From Octopus sinensis (lineage: Eukaryota): DNA of 64,000 nt. The notes beneath the pieces are model-generated. The model was given only the letters and a program-made list of their open reading frames with translations, was not told the DNA's origin and did not search any database. Below, in pieces: positions 13,233 through 25,779 of the stretch. The number at the start of each line of letters is the position of its first letter. Within the stretch, counting starts at the first letter, position 1. The DNA is taken from NCBI RefSeq assembly GCF_006345805.1, contig NC_043012.1:6448001-6512000 (forward strand), written 5' to 3'. The position numbers and the translations under genes were made by a program.

Positions 13233-13505
13233 GAACTCACACACAAGGCACAGAAATCTTTTATATGCCCCATTCTGCTTAAATAATGGAACTGCAGATA
13301 CAATATCCTTATGTATCTCACATCTGCTTCCATTCCTCCATTTCACTCTGTATTTTATGTCTTCTCTATAACTATCAAATGTTTTCTTGCATTGTCTCTG
13401 ATGAAGGGATATATATAATATCCCAGAAACCGCTGTAAGACCTTCTCTTTATAAATATTCTGAAAACTTCCACAGCCTTAGATTTTTTATCCCATTCTGT
13501 AATTT
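13230..13505 (+). mobile_element. Penelope-type pLTR/3'-tail fragment nested in the (TA)n linker of a SINE A copy
   Basis: The SINE A 5' half (about 13050-13200) and 3' half (about 13575-13770) are separated by this unique segment, which carries a hammerhead motif. Confidence 0.5.
13394..13441 (+). ncRNA. Type I hammerhead ribozyme motif
   Basis: GTCT-CTGATGA-A-GGGATAT atata ATATCCC-A-GAAAC-cgct-GTA-AGAC. It has a 4-bp helix I, a 7-bp helix II with an A.A mismatch at its base, an intact core and a GUA cleavage triplet. Confidence 0.7.
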
Positions 13506-13537
13506 ATATATGTATATACATATATATATATATATAG

Positions 13538-13578
<41 letters not shown>

Positions 13579-14529
13579 GTGTGTGTGTGTGTGTGTGTTT
13601 GTTCCCTCACCATCACTTGACAACTGATGTTGGTGTATTTATGTTCCTGTAATTTATCAGTTCGGCAAAACAGACTGATAGAATAAGTACTAGGCTTTCA
13701 AAGAATAAGTCCTGGGGTCAATTTGTTCAACTAAAGGTAGTACTCCAGCATGGCCAAAGTGCATATGAGAGAAAACATTCTTTTTTTTTTACTATCATGC
13801 TATTGCTGTGGCTTCCCTAAACATCGGAGATGTTTTTGTCCATGCAACAAACTGTAGAAACTTACTCAGAGATTTTTGCAAGCTCTTCTTCTAAATCCAT
13901 CACAACCCTTCCATATTGTCAGTAGGGACCTCAGAGTCATAAGTGTTTTGCCCTTTATCCTGTGTTCTTCACTTAAGTGGGGCAGTGAGGACTGAATTGG
14001 TCTTTACCTGCAGAAAATTTCTAGTTGTGATCTCTTACCAATAATTCCTTGGAGAATGTTGGAATGGAATTTATTGCCAGACACAAAAGTTTAGGCAAAC
14101 AGAGTTCTAGCAGGAAAGTTTGATAAGTTCAGTTGCCATGAGGGATGCAGGGTCAAAGGTTTCAAAACCCAGCCCTTCCTCTAACATTTATAAAAGTGTA
14201 ACAGAATTGAAGTAAGATTTGTTCATATTCTGAGACTAAATCTTGCCTCAGGTCGTCAACTTTGCTTTTGATCTTTCCAAAGTTGACAAAATAGATCAGT
14301 CAGTAAACTAAATGGATTTAATTAAGTATATTCTCGAAGGTAGTGCCCCAGCGAGATACTAGATGAATGACTGATACGAGTTAAAGAATAAAAGTGTAAA
14401 AGAATCTTGCTTTCTTAACCACACACACACAAACACACACACACACACACTCACATACACATACTCACACACTTTCAGACTCACTCACTCAAACAGACCT
14501 ACACACACTATCATCTTTTGATTCATGGC

Positions 14530-15360
14530 AGACATAAGACTTTTTCCTTCTCTCTTTCTCTCTCTCTCTCTCACACACACTTTCTTTGTCTATCTCTCTC
14601 TCTCTCTCTCTCTCTCTCACTTTCTTTGTCTCTGTGTCTGTTTCCCTCTTTCTCTCTCACTCTCTCTCACTTCCTTTGTCTATCTCTCTCTGTCTCTGTC
14701 TCCCCCCTCTCTCTCTCTTATAAACACACATACACTATCATCTTTTACTTCATAACAGATATAAGACACTATTCCCCCTCTCTCTCGTTGTACCTCTCTA
14801 TCCCTCTCTGCCACACTCTCAGCCTCCTCATCTCATCTATGCATACAACATATGATACACTTCACTGCATAACACACATAACACTCTGTCTGTTTTTTTT
14901 ACTCTGTCACTCTCCCCCCCCTCTCTCTCTCTTTCTCTCACTCTCTCTCCTATCTCTCTCTCTCTGACACATTACAACTCATGCATGCACAATCTCTCCC
15001 TCTGTCTATGTCTCTCTCAGTCACTCTCTCTCTTTCTTTCTCTCTCTCATACTTTTTCTCTCTCTCTTCATGCAATTCCTTCATACACTGCCTGTGCATT
15101 TATCTGAATATCTATCGCTGTCCATCTCTGCCTCTTTCTTTTCCTCTATCTTCCTGTCTCTCCTTTCATCTTACCCTCTCTCTGTGTTTCTCTGTTTCTC
15201 TCTCTCTCTCTCTCTCTCACTATCTATATATTCTTCTCTCTTTCACTCTCTCATTCTCTGACACATTTCAACTCCTGCGTACACAGTCTGGGTAATCTGT
15301 CTGTCTATATGTTTGTCTATCTCTGTCTGTCTGTCTCTCTCTTTTTCTCTCTCCTTCTCT
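14530..15360. repeat. (CT)n-rich polypyrimidine low-complexity tract
   Basis: Read directly from sequence. Confidence 0.9.
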
Positions 15361-16005
15361 CTTTGTCTACACATACACACAACCATACATATACACCCTT
15401 TATTTCACACAAAATATAAAACCAACACTGACAACCGTCAAAGGCTTTAGTTTACATATTCCCTAGCTGAAACAATCTTACTGAATTCATGTCTGTAATA
15501 AAAGTCACTGGAAAGGCATGAACATCAAAAATACCACAATTTCTCCATTCATTTGAAGTCAATTACATTAAATCACTTATTGATGTAATCTACAGACTGA
15601 GAATATAGCAGAGAGCATGAAAAATTCTGATGTTTGATCTCTTTCAACTCTCTTTATTTCACCTGTGTGTAAACTAAACAAATAATTTTTTTTTATCATC
15701 AACTTCACACAATATCACAATCTTAAATAGAATTAGAACTGAATGAATTTCTACATTTAAAAAAAAAAAAAGAAGAAATTAAAAAAATTCATATTTCATA
15801 ATTTTTCTTTTCTTTTATTTTCCTCTTTCTAAAAGAAATCAAATTTAAATTCTCAGGAAGTATAATGTAATATAAAATAGAAGCTGCTTTTTAATGCATT
15901 ATGAAATATCAATATTCTCAAGAATAGCAAAAGAACATTGCAACAGACAGCAGAAAATACTACACACACACGTGTGTGTGCATGTATATATATATATGTA
16001 CATGC

Positions 16006-16042
<37 letters not shown>

Positions 16043-16639
16043 TATATGTACAAAATATTCTATAATTATATACATAATTATAATGAGGGGTCAGCCAATT
16101 GCCTCGCCACATACTGAATTAGAAATAAACGCTAATGTCTTTTCAACTACCATAAAAACTCCGAGAAAATAACACATTATTATTATGTATATATGAATGT
16201 ATATATGTATATATACATATATATATATATGTATATATGTTGATGATGATATGTGTGTGTGTGTGTGTATACATGTATATACGAATTAACTGTTGTTCTA
16301 ACATCATCTGAGGAAAAGATTTTTCCAAGGCTGCTCTTCTGCTGACAGTTCTTAGTCTTATATCAAATCAGAATGATGCCAATCTATAACCATAACTTGA
16401 CAGAATCATTTGAATGTCAATAAAATAAGCCTTGCCATATATGTTCCTGTTCTCTGTTCTCTGAGTTCAAATTCCTATGAGGTTTCTTTTGCTTTGTTTT
16501 CCTTTAGGGGTCACTAAGTAAAATAACAGGTCAGTACTGGGTTGATTTCTTTCCTCTTGTTCTCCTAAGAAGAAATCGGTTTTAGTCAGGGGTGGAGAGG
16601 GACAGACACCATCACGTTTAAAATCCAAAACATGGTGTG

Positions 16640-17224
16640 TGTCATGATTCTAATCCTATGATCCAATCAGGTGTGGAGGGTCCAGGCTGGGTCATCTTAG
16701 CAGAATTATAGGCCCCTTGAGCAAATCAAAGCCATAGGTCCTATGATATGTATTTATTGATAGCAAGCCACAGCATACATAGGACATAGTCATGCCCCTA
16801 GATCTGTAGGACTGCTGGACTTCTGCCAAGTGTACCTATTTCTTAAAACAGCACTGGGTCCAAGGAAAGAAGGGACACATGTTTCTTCTTTGAGGCTGTC
16901 CGCTCCTGACGCTATTAATACAGCACCTTAGATGTATTCGTAGCAGAGCTACGTGCTACATACTACATAGTAATATGTGAGTCAACCGGCACAGCAGACG
17001 AATATATCGATGAGGCATCTAGCTTCACCTTGATACACTAGCCTCGCTTTGATACACTAGCCTTGTTCTGAGCTACACTGTAGAAAACTCACAGTTCCTG
17101 CCAGGCTTTGGTCAAAGACACATGTCTTCTCTGCAGCTCCATGCACAATCTCCCATGTGCAACTCACACATCTATTTACCTCGACACAAGATATATGGTT
17201 CGTAAACGAAGATATTTTATCACA
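16640..17224 (-). mobile_element. Possible solo LTR
   Basis: A 585-bp GC-richer unique segment with TG...CA termini. On the minus strand it has AATAAA about 120 nt before the end, plus an internal 17-bp duplication (ttgatacactagcct). No direct TSD was found. Confidence 0.35.
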
Positions 17225-18663
17225 CACACATTCTCAAAATTACTGTTCTCATAACACACATACATACTGTAATATAAATATTATATGTTACCTCTTTCAG
17301 TGCAAAAGCAAAAATCAAAACTTTCTCTGTATGTAAACACACATGTTTTTGTATCATCCTCCATGCTTCCTCCTCAAAAGGTGAACACAGAATAAACAAT
17401 ATATTTATACACAAAAATGTCTTATGGTGATTCATACTAACTGTTTTTCCATTTAGTAACACACACTTGAACAGCCAATGAAGTGAGTTGATGAGTCCCC
17501 AGTTCTACCAACTTTTGACCGACCATTGGCTGAAGAGGCTCTTCCTCCAGGACTGCGTTGTGTAGTTTCGCCAAATGAAGCTTATACATTGAATGAAGAT
17601 CAATATGCCCGACTTCAGACCCCAAGTGCTGCTCACTAGGACAAAACTGCGACACTAACTCAAGGACTATTTTTTGTCATCAGGATTAATTCCTCCATAT
17701 ACACCACATTTGATGGTCATTGACTCTTGTGAGTTCCTTCACTTTTTAACAGGGTTTGTTTTTCACCCCACAGGGAAATGTCTGGATTATTTACAAAACA
17801 GAATAGTCATCATCACCACTACCACCACCACCATCATGTCTGTTTTCTATGCTATCATGGGTCAGATGATATGACAAGGCTTGAGAACTGCTTGTTTCAA
17901 TGTTTGCTTTCACATGGTTTCTACAACTGGATACCCTTCCTATCATCAGCCACTTTACAGAGTGTACTGGGTGCTTTTTATGTGGCACGAACACTAGTGG
18001 GGTCACAAGGCAGCTTGACAGGCTAAAATCCTCTTTGGCTGAGTGGGGATACAGTAGAAAGGGAGGGAACTTTATGGTTGAAGATGAGAGATTAAAGTAT
18101 GAAACAACAAACCAGAAGAAAACAGATTCTTTTTCGTTTTTTTTCGTTGTTCTTTTTGTTATAGAGAAGATACATGGCTAATCACATAAGAGATGAGTGG
18201 ATGAGAATAAATAGGGTGGAGCTGGGAAGAGAAATCAAACAGTGGTGATAAAAAAATAGCAAAACCAAAAAATTCTAAATGTCATATTTTTGTGAGGAAA
18301 ATTATTCAGATGCCTTAAATGGTTTTATAGTTATTTATCAATATAAAATATATATTAGGAGAGAAAAAAATAAAATAAAAGAGATTTTAAAGATACAAAG
18401 CTGGACTTCAAAGCTGAAGCTAGCTCAGATTTCATGTATACTTATGTAGAATGCTGTAAGGATAAAAAATATGCGGTGTGTAATGAAACTATAGTCACTA
18501 AGTAAATATTGGTGGACTATGAATGAAAACAAGTTCAGAGGAACCAGCTTGTTTAAGAAAGATAATTGGGGACATACGACAGAAAATATTATATGTGAAA
18601 ATGATGGTGTATATTATTTATGCTTAAATTAAAACATAGCATTACATAGACACATATACAAAC

Positions 18664-18698
<35 letters not shown>

Positions 18699-18699
<1 letters not shown>

Positions 18700-18858
18700 T
18701 TTATTTAAAGCAGCAGAAAATTCAACAAAATCTGTTACTCTGAGTTTCTCGTTGCCATTCATCAAAGTAACAGATTTTGTTGAATTTTCTGGTGCTTTAA
18801 ATAAAGCATATTACTCTACCACTGGTATTTGAGTACTCTTTTTTCCACCTTGTTTCAC
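18699..18858 (-). mobile_element. Fold-back repeat with a truncated hammerhead in its loop (same family as 22135-22260)
   Basis: Inverted arms at 18699-18739 and 18766-18806. The minus-strand loop reads tTGATGA-atggcaacga-GAAAC-tcaga-GTA-acag. Confidence 0.6.
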
Positions 18859-18882
18859 ATTTATGTGTTTACTCCGGTATAT

Positions 18883-18914
<32 letters not shown>

Positions 18915-19758
18915 GATATATATATATATATCTATACATATATATATATTCACATGTATATGTTTACATCTTTGATATATATCAATGTAATGTGTATATG
19001 TGTATACATATGTGTATATGTGTGTATATATATCTACCAGCATATGTGTGCATGCATGTGTGTTTGTGTGTGAGTTTGTGTGTGAATGTGTGTGTGTGTG
19101 TGAGAGAGAGTTTGTGTGTGTGTGTGTGTGTGTGTGCATGAGATGGCAACTGTGTAAACAACCTAGAAGTATAAAAGAACTCAATACAAGAAATGTTTTT
19201 TTTTTAACTGAAATTACACAAACAGCGATTATTTGTTTTAATGTTTACTGCTTTTTTAATCAATCAATGAAATAAATGAAACAAATTTATTTTTATATGC
19301 TGAATAAATTATAAATTCTGCTGAATAAACATGATGGTAATATAAAACCGTTTGATGTAGTCGCAATGTTATTGTATAAGGCTATCAGTCGCTTGCCTGG
19401 CAGTCTTTTCGGTATATGATGACAAAAGTTAGGAATTGTTTATTCATGAGAACAAAAGAAAATATTTGGTTTTGTTTTTATTTTGGAGTATGAATTAATG
19501 TATTATGTAATTACTAAATTTTCTACTGTAAAGTGATTTTAGAATATAGGTGTGGCTGTGTGGTAAGAAGCTTGCTTCCCAACCACATCGTTCTTGGTTC
19601 AGTCCCACTGTGTGTTCTACTACGAGCCAGAAATTTACCAAAGCCTTGTGAGGGATTTGGTAGATGGAACCTGAAAGAAGCCCATGAAATATATATATAT
19701 ATATAGATATATATAATATATTATATATCTATATATATATAGATAATAATATTATATA

Positions 19759-19810
<52 letters not shown>

Positions 19811-19837
19811 TATAGATGTATATATATATATATATAT

Positions 19838-19872
<35 letters not shown>

Positions 19873-19890
19873 GTATATATATATAATATA

Positions 19891-20290
19891 GGAGTGGGTG
19901 TGTGGTAAGTAGCTGGCTAACCAGCCACATAGTTCCGGGTTCAGTCCCACTGCGTGGCATCTTGGGCAAGTGTCTTCTGCTATAGCCCCGGGCCGACCAA
20001 TGCTTTGTGAGTGGATTTGGTAGATGGAAACTGAAAGAAGCCCGTCGTATATATGTATATATATATATGCATGTGTGTGTTTGTGTGTCTGTGTTTGTCC
20101 ACTAGCATTGCTTGACAACCGATGCTGGTGTGTTTATGTCCCCGTTACTTAGCGGTTCGGCAAAAGAGACCAATAGAATAAGTACTGGGCTTACAAAAGA
20201 ATAAGTCCCGGGGTCGAGTTGCTCGATTAAAGGCGGTGCTCCAGCATGGCCGCAGTCAAATGACTGAAACAAGTAAAAGAGTAAAAGAGA
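19891..20290 (+). mobile_element. SINE family A, near full length
   Basis: tRNA-like head (gtgtggtaagtagc...ccgggttcagtccca), core, TA/TG linker and tail ending gtaaaagagtaaaaga. Further partial copies at 6720-6935, 19545-19690, 20330-20555, 26040-26365, 28462-29010, 46735-46895, 48685-49340 and 53958-54085. Confidence 0.9.
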
Positions 20291-20856
20291 GAAAGAGTAT
20301 ATACATACACACACACACATATTTATGTGTGTGTATCTTTGTGTCTATGTTTGTTCCTCCACCATTGCTTGATAACCGATGCTGGTGTGTTTATGTCCCT
20401 GTAACTTTTGTTTGGCAAAAGTGACTGAAAGAACAAGTATTGGGCTTACAGAGAATAAGTCCTGAGGTCGATTTCTGTGATTAAAAACACGTTAAGGCAG
20501 TGCTCCAGCATGGCTGCAGTCAAATGACTGAAACAAGCAAAAGAATAAAAGATAAAACCTATTTGATGTGGTTCGGCACAGTTTCTGGGGATGGAATTCT
20601 GCTGACAAGGATTTGATGCTTTTGAGTTTATCATAGAAGACACTTGAGATGCTGCACAATAGGATTGATCCCATAATCCTGTGATTGCGAGCCAAACTTT
20701 TTAACCACACAGTTATGGTCCACCGGAGTGGTAGAAGTATGAGAGAGGTGAATGAAATGACGAACAGTTACTTAGTTTTCTCTATTGGTATTTCTATATG
20801 TCAGGCACTGTAAGTTGACAAAATGGTAGATTGGTGTACTTTTAGATGCTTTGCAG

Positions 20857-20894
20857 GATTTGAATCCAAATTATTGAAAGAAGAAACTCTCTTG
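20857..20894 (+). CDS. Candidate exon of an unidentified plus-strand gene (GFESKLLKEETLL, phase 1->0)
   Basis: Acceptor tttagatgctttgcag, donor TTG|gtgagt, open frame. Confidence 0.35.
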
Positions 20895-21880
20895 GTGAGT
20901 TAATGGATTTGTGGTGACAAGATTGGTGTATTCATGATGTAAATACATCTGTCTTGGTGTTTTTAATGTAGATGATTCCAAGATAGATACATAAACAAAT
21001 GAGTGAGAATGTGATAAATAAATATGTAGTTAGATGGATTGATAGACTGAGAGAAAGAAATAGGTTTCCATCCATCCATTCACTCATCCATCCACCATCC
21101 ATCCATGCATACATACATATATGTGTGTGTGTGTGTGTGTGTGTTGTGTGTGTGTGTGTGTGTTGTTTATGTGTGTATGTATAGATAGATAGATAGTTAA
21201 ATAGATAGATATAGGTAGACAGCTACATAAAGATAGTTGTGTGTATATCTACTATATATTTGTGAAAAGGGCAGACGTTGTCTCACAAGCAGTTGTGCAG
21301 GCAAGTGTTAGTAAAGGCAGTTGGATTGACCTGAAAATTTGCACACCTATGTTAAAAGTGGTGGGGAGTTATCATGGCAACTTCGAGTTTGGTCAGTTGA
21401 AAGGTGTGGCCTCTAGGACAAAATTCCTCATCTTTAAATGTGGCCCGAGTAGGCTCCAATGAAATCGGGTTATAACACTAGCTAGTATATATATGTGTGT
21501 GTGTTGTGTGTGTGTGTGTGTGTGTGTAAAGAGAGAGAAAAGATACATAGAGAGAGAAGGGGAGTGAAAGAATTAAAGAGTAATAGACATTCAATTAGGT
21601 ACTCCCACTATCAATTTCTGTCTTGCTGGTGTTAAAAAAGGAAGATAAAAATTACATAAATTTGAAATTAACAAATGAAAAAACTTGAGAAAAGAACATG
21701 TGATTACATAGCTGATATGTGTATCATTATGTTATAATACAACAATGAAACAGAGATAACAATAAGAATATAACAAGAATATATCTTCATTTTACAGAGG
21801 TGTTGAATGCTGGACTGACTGATCATTTTATACATAAGAAGCAGATGTGACAAACTTTGTTACATGTTTAAACTTAACAG

Positions 21881-21945
21881 GTGAAGATTAACAACAAAAT
21901 ACCAGACAATGCTTCCATTATTGTCTCAGAACAAAAGAAGAATAG
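21881..21945 (+). CDS. Candidate exon (VKINNKIPDNASIIVSEQKKN, phase 0->2)
   Basis: Acceptor tgtttaaacttaacag, donor TAG|gtatta; phase-compatible with 20857-20894. Confidence 0.35.
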
Positions 21946-22134
21946 GTATTAGTTCTTTGAAATGCAAAAGCGAGAACATAAATATTTGCCAGACATTATT
22001 TGGTTAAATGTCTACTTTCTTGCTTTTTCAAATTTTATTATTGTATACACCCCACCCACACAATATTATATATAATATATATTATATATATTTTATATAC
22101 TAATATATACACACACAGGTGAGCACATAAGTGC

Positions 22135-22256
22135 AAAACAAGGTGGAAAAATAGTACTCGAATACCAAAGGCAGAGTAATATGTTTTTATTAAAGCTGCG
22201 AAATTATCACAAAAGCTGTTACCCAAAGTTTCACATTCCTGTTCATCAGACAGTTG

Positions 22257-22260
<4 letters not shown>
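22135..22260 (-). mobile_element. Short hammerhead-bearing dispersed repeat (Penelope pLTR-like)
   Basis: aaggtggaaaaatagtactcgaatacc...tttattaaagc... recurs at 18699-18858 and about 55600-55745. Confidence 0.65.
22216..22253 (-). ncRNA. Minimal type I hammerhead ribozyme with a fully conserved core
   Basis: Minus strand reads CTGT-CTGATGA-ACA ggaa TGT-GAAAC-tttgg-GTA-ACAG. It has a 4-bp helix I, a 3-bp helix II capped by a GNRA loop and a GUA triplet. Confidence 0.78.
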
Positions 22261-22354
<94 letters not shown>

Positions 22355-22756
22355 ATATATACATAGCTGAGACATTATTCTTAGAATCCAGAGTTCAATG
22401 TGTCAGATCCTTTATTCCATCTACTCAGACTGTGGGTTCAAGTCCAACCATGTATAGTTTACTCTGATTCAAAACTGAGGATGCAGTGCAATGAATTAAG
22501 ATTTGTTAAAGCTTCACCAACACAAGCACATCGTTGTAAAATATTATATATTAGTTTTGTCTTCGATTTTATGTCATAACTAAGAAAGTTTAACTGTTAG
22601 CATAAATACAAAAACTCACAATTTAGGAGTGACAAGCGGATAACAAAAAATACAGTTTGAAAAGATGTTCTCTCTCAAGACAATACTTTTACTATAACTC
22701 ATGTAAAATTTACACTATCTTAAGAATTTCAGAAAAATTCTATTCTATATTTTAGA

Positions 22757-23040
22757 GATGAGGAATTCTTTACATTATTTACATTGGAAGGATATGTTTC
22801 CTCATCTTGTTTGTTGTTACCACAATGTTTCGGTTGATTTACTCTCCAGACTTCATCAGGTGCCCTGGCAGAATTTTGAACCCAACCCCAGGTTCTCATT
22901 CCTAAGGTGTTTTTTTTGCTGCTCTTATTATTATTATAATTATTGTTATTATTATTTCTTCAAAGCCTGGAATTGGCCTCGGAATCTTGGGGTTAGTAGC
23001 CCATGCTCTTAACAATTACACTATATGCCTGTGGGCATAT
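22757..23040 (-). mobile_element. tRNA-head/(AAT)n/hammerhead element (family H), degenerate copy
   Basis: Homologous to 50070-50355 and 59720-60184. The hammerhead core CTGATGAAGTCTG...CAACCGAAACATT is diverged. Confidence 0.7.
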
Positions 23041-23509
23041 AGTGTTCAGAAAATTTGTTTCAAAAGAAACGATCTATTATGTGGCTGTCTATAGACTTAC
23101 AATGATATCATAGTTTTCCAATCAACCATTGTATTTCTATGATTACTCTATATATTCAATATTACCATTGGCTATGTTACAAAAGAACCATTGAAGAATG
23201 TGGAATCATTTGTTTTAGATATTAGCCAGAAAAGGAGATGCAGTTCCCATGTTCTTTTAGGGGCCTGTATAAACTGATGGAGGTGTTATGGTTGACAGCT
23301 AGACTGGATCTTTTAGACAAATGTGGAATCCAGGAAAACATGGGCAAAAAGGGAATCTGTAGTCTCAGATTTGGACAGAAGCAGTAATAGAAATTGTGTA
23401 AGTGGCACAAAAGTGAAAGAGGATAAGTGGTGGTGTTGGTCATTGCAGACTTTCTCAAACTAATGTGAGGAATGTGGCCGATGCTTTGTGAGAACAGTTC
23501 AGTGTCAGC

Positions 23510-23880
23510 AGAAAAATGTGGGTTGGTGCATGTGTGTGTGTGTGTGTGTGTGACACTGTGTATGTGCGTGTGTGTGTGCATGTGTGTGTGTATGTGCAGG
23601 CATGCATGTGTGTGTGTATGTGTGTGTGACACTGTGTATGTGCGTGTGTGTGTGCATGTGTGTGTGTATGTGCAAGCATGCATGTGTGTGTGTGCACACA
23701 TGTGTGTATGTGAGTACGTGCACATGTGTGCGTGTACATGCATGTGCATGTGTGTTGTGACACTGTATATGTGTGTGCCTGTGTGTGTGTGTGACACTGT
23801 GTATGTGTGTGTGCATGTGTGTGTGTGTGACACTGTATGTATGCGTGTACATGCATGTGCATGTGTATGTGTGTGTGTAG
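23510..23880. repeat. Degenerate (TG)n tract with a recurring gtgacactgt motif (higher-order repeat)
   Basis: gacactgt occurs five times among TG/CATG runs. Confidence 0.8.
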
Positions 23881-24109
23881 GAATGTATTGGAGGTCTATT
23901 TTGAATGCTAACAACATAGTAAACTCTGCAAAAGATCCACCACTATGCCCCCCCCCCTCACACACACCATCCCCAGAAAGACAAACCAACCAGGTGGTCA
24001 TGTTACCCTGGGCTGTACATTAGGTGTACCGCTCGTGTTATCTACAATGCACCAATATATGATACAATTTAATATACACAAGTACAGGACCAGAGGGTTT
24101 TTTTGTTAA

Positions 24110-24327
24110 TTAACCCTTTTGTTACTGCATTTCTATTGAAACACATAACCTTTATTTTAAAATAATGAAGAATTTAATAAAATAACTTGACCATTATTAA
24201 GTTGGTGCTTTGGATATAAACCAACACAAAGTTTCAATGGAAGGTTTTAATTTAAATCTTCTGGAAATATGGATTTTATATCATAGAACCAGGATTTGTC
24301 TCAAGTGGATTAAATCAAAAGGGTTAA
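24110..24327. mobile_element. piggyBac-type MITE
   Basis: TTAA-CCCTTTT ... AAAAGGG-TTAA termini around a 218-bp AT-rich non-coding body. Confidence 0.55.
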
Positions 24328-25144
24328 CAGTTATTCCAATTTGGTTTTCATTATCGAGGAATCTGTGATAAAACAGATTCTTGATGATGCTTATACTTTC
24401 GGATATACAATAAAAATGTCTACTGAAATAGAAAATATTACTTTATTTTGCTGGTGGCACGTGGAATTAGTTTAAAAAAGAAAGATAAAATGTGAGTATG
24501 AAGAGGCTTGATTTGAAATCATACAAAAAGAATCTGTGGAACTGGTTACCTGAACTGTCAGAGAGAAAAAAAAACCTGATGAGAGACACCACAAAACACA
24601 TGTATGCATGCATACAGACTTACACACACAAACATACCCACAGATAAACACACACTTATATATACACACGGGTGCTATGAACATGCGCATACGACCAAGT
24701 ATCAATATAACATTTGACGCATACAATAAATATCTTCACACAATGAGTTCAATAAAACAACATGTATATATTTAATAAGACACACTCATATGCATGAGTA
24801 GGTATGTATTTAAAATGTTTTTTAAAATGATTGAAATAGTACAAATAATCTTTTTTGTACATTTTGCAGGCATCCAAATACAACAAAATATAAATATATA
24901 CACACTCAAATATATATAAACATGCAACAGAGTGGAAGTAAGCTTCGTGTTCATAGCTTAAGGAAGAAATGGTCTTAGAAAAGGAGTAGGGACATAATGC
25001 TTTATTCCCCTGTTCATATGACTGGAGCCTTGTATAGTTAGAAGTCATGTTAGTCTCATGAAGGGATGGTGTCATCCAAGGGAATACTGGTTCAATACCT
25101 TTTTTTTTTTTTTAGGGGAGGAATTGATATCCTTAAAATAACAT

Positions 25145-25175
<31 letters not shown>

Positions 25176-25748
25176 TTCTTTACTACCCACAAGGGGCTAA
25201 ACACAGAGAGGACAAACAAGGACAGACAAATGGATTAAGCCGATTGTATCGACCCAAGTGCGAAACTGGTACTTATTTAATCGACCCTGAAAGGATGAAA
25301 GGCAAAGTCGACCTCGGCGGAATTTGAACTCAGAACGTAGCAGCAGACAAAATACTGCTAAGCATTTCGCCTGGCGGGCTAACGATTCTGCCAAGCTCGC
25401 TGCCCTCAATATATATATATATAGGTGACGAGAGGTAATGGTGTCAGTGAGAGCCAAAGGTGTCAGGTAATGCTGAATAAGTGCTATGGATAGACCATAG
25501 TTGAGTTCCAGGTTCAGTGATTATGCGAATAAAGGGTCCAATGTTGGTCATATATCAGTGTGTGTATATAAATTTTTTTTTCCATAATGAGATAAAATGT
25601 TCTAAAATCTATACAGCCTTGGTTTTTTTCTTTTATCTCATTATGGAAAAAATATTATATATATATATATTTATATATATATACATATATGAGCATGTGT
25701 GTATTGTTGTTGTATGTGTAGCCTTAAAAGCAAAGAGTAACATAAACC

Positions 25749-25779
<31 letters not shown>

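Noticed and set aside
17437-17655. 72-aa minus ORF and an overlapping plus frame of about 50 codons
   Set aside because: No recognisable domain, and the plus frame has an in-frame stop before any good acceptor.
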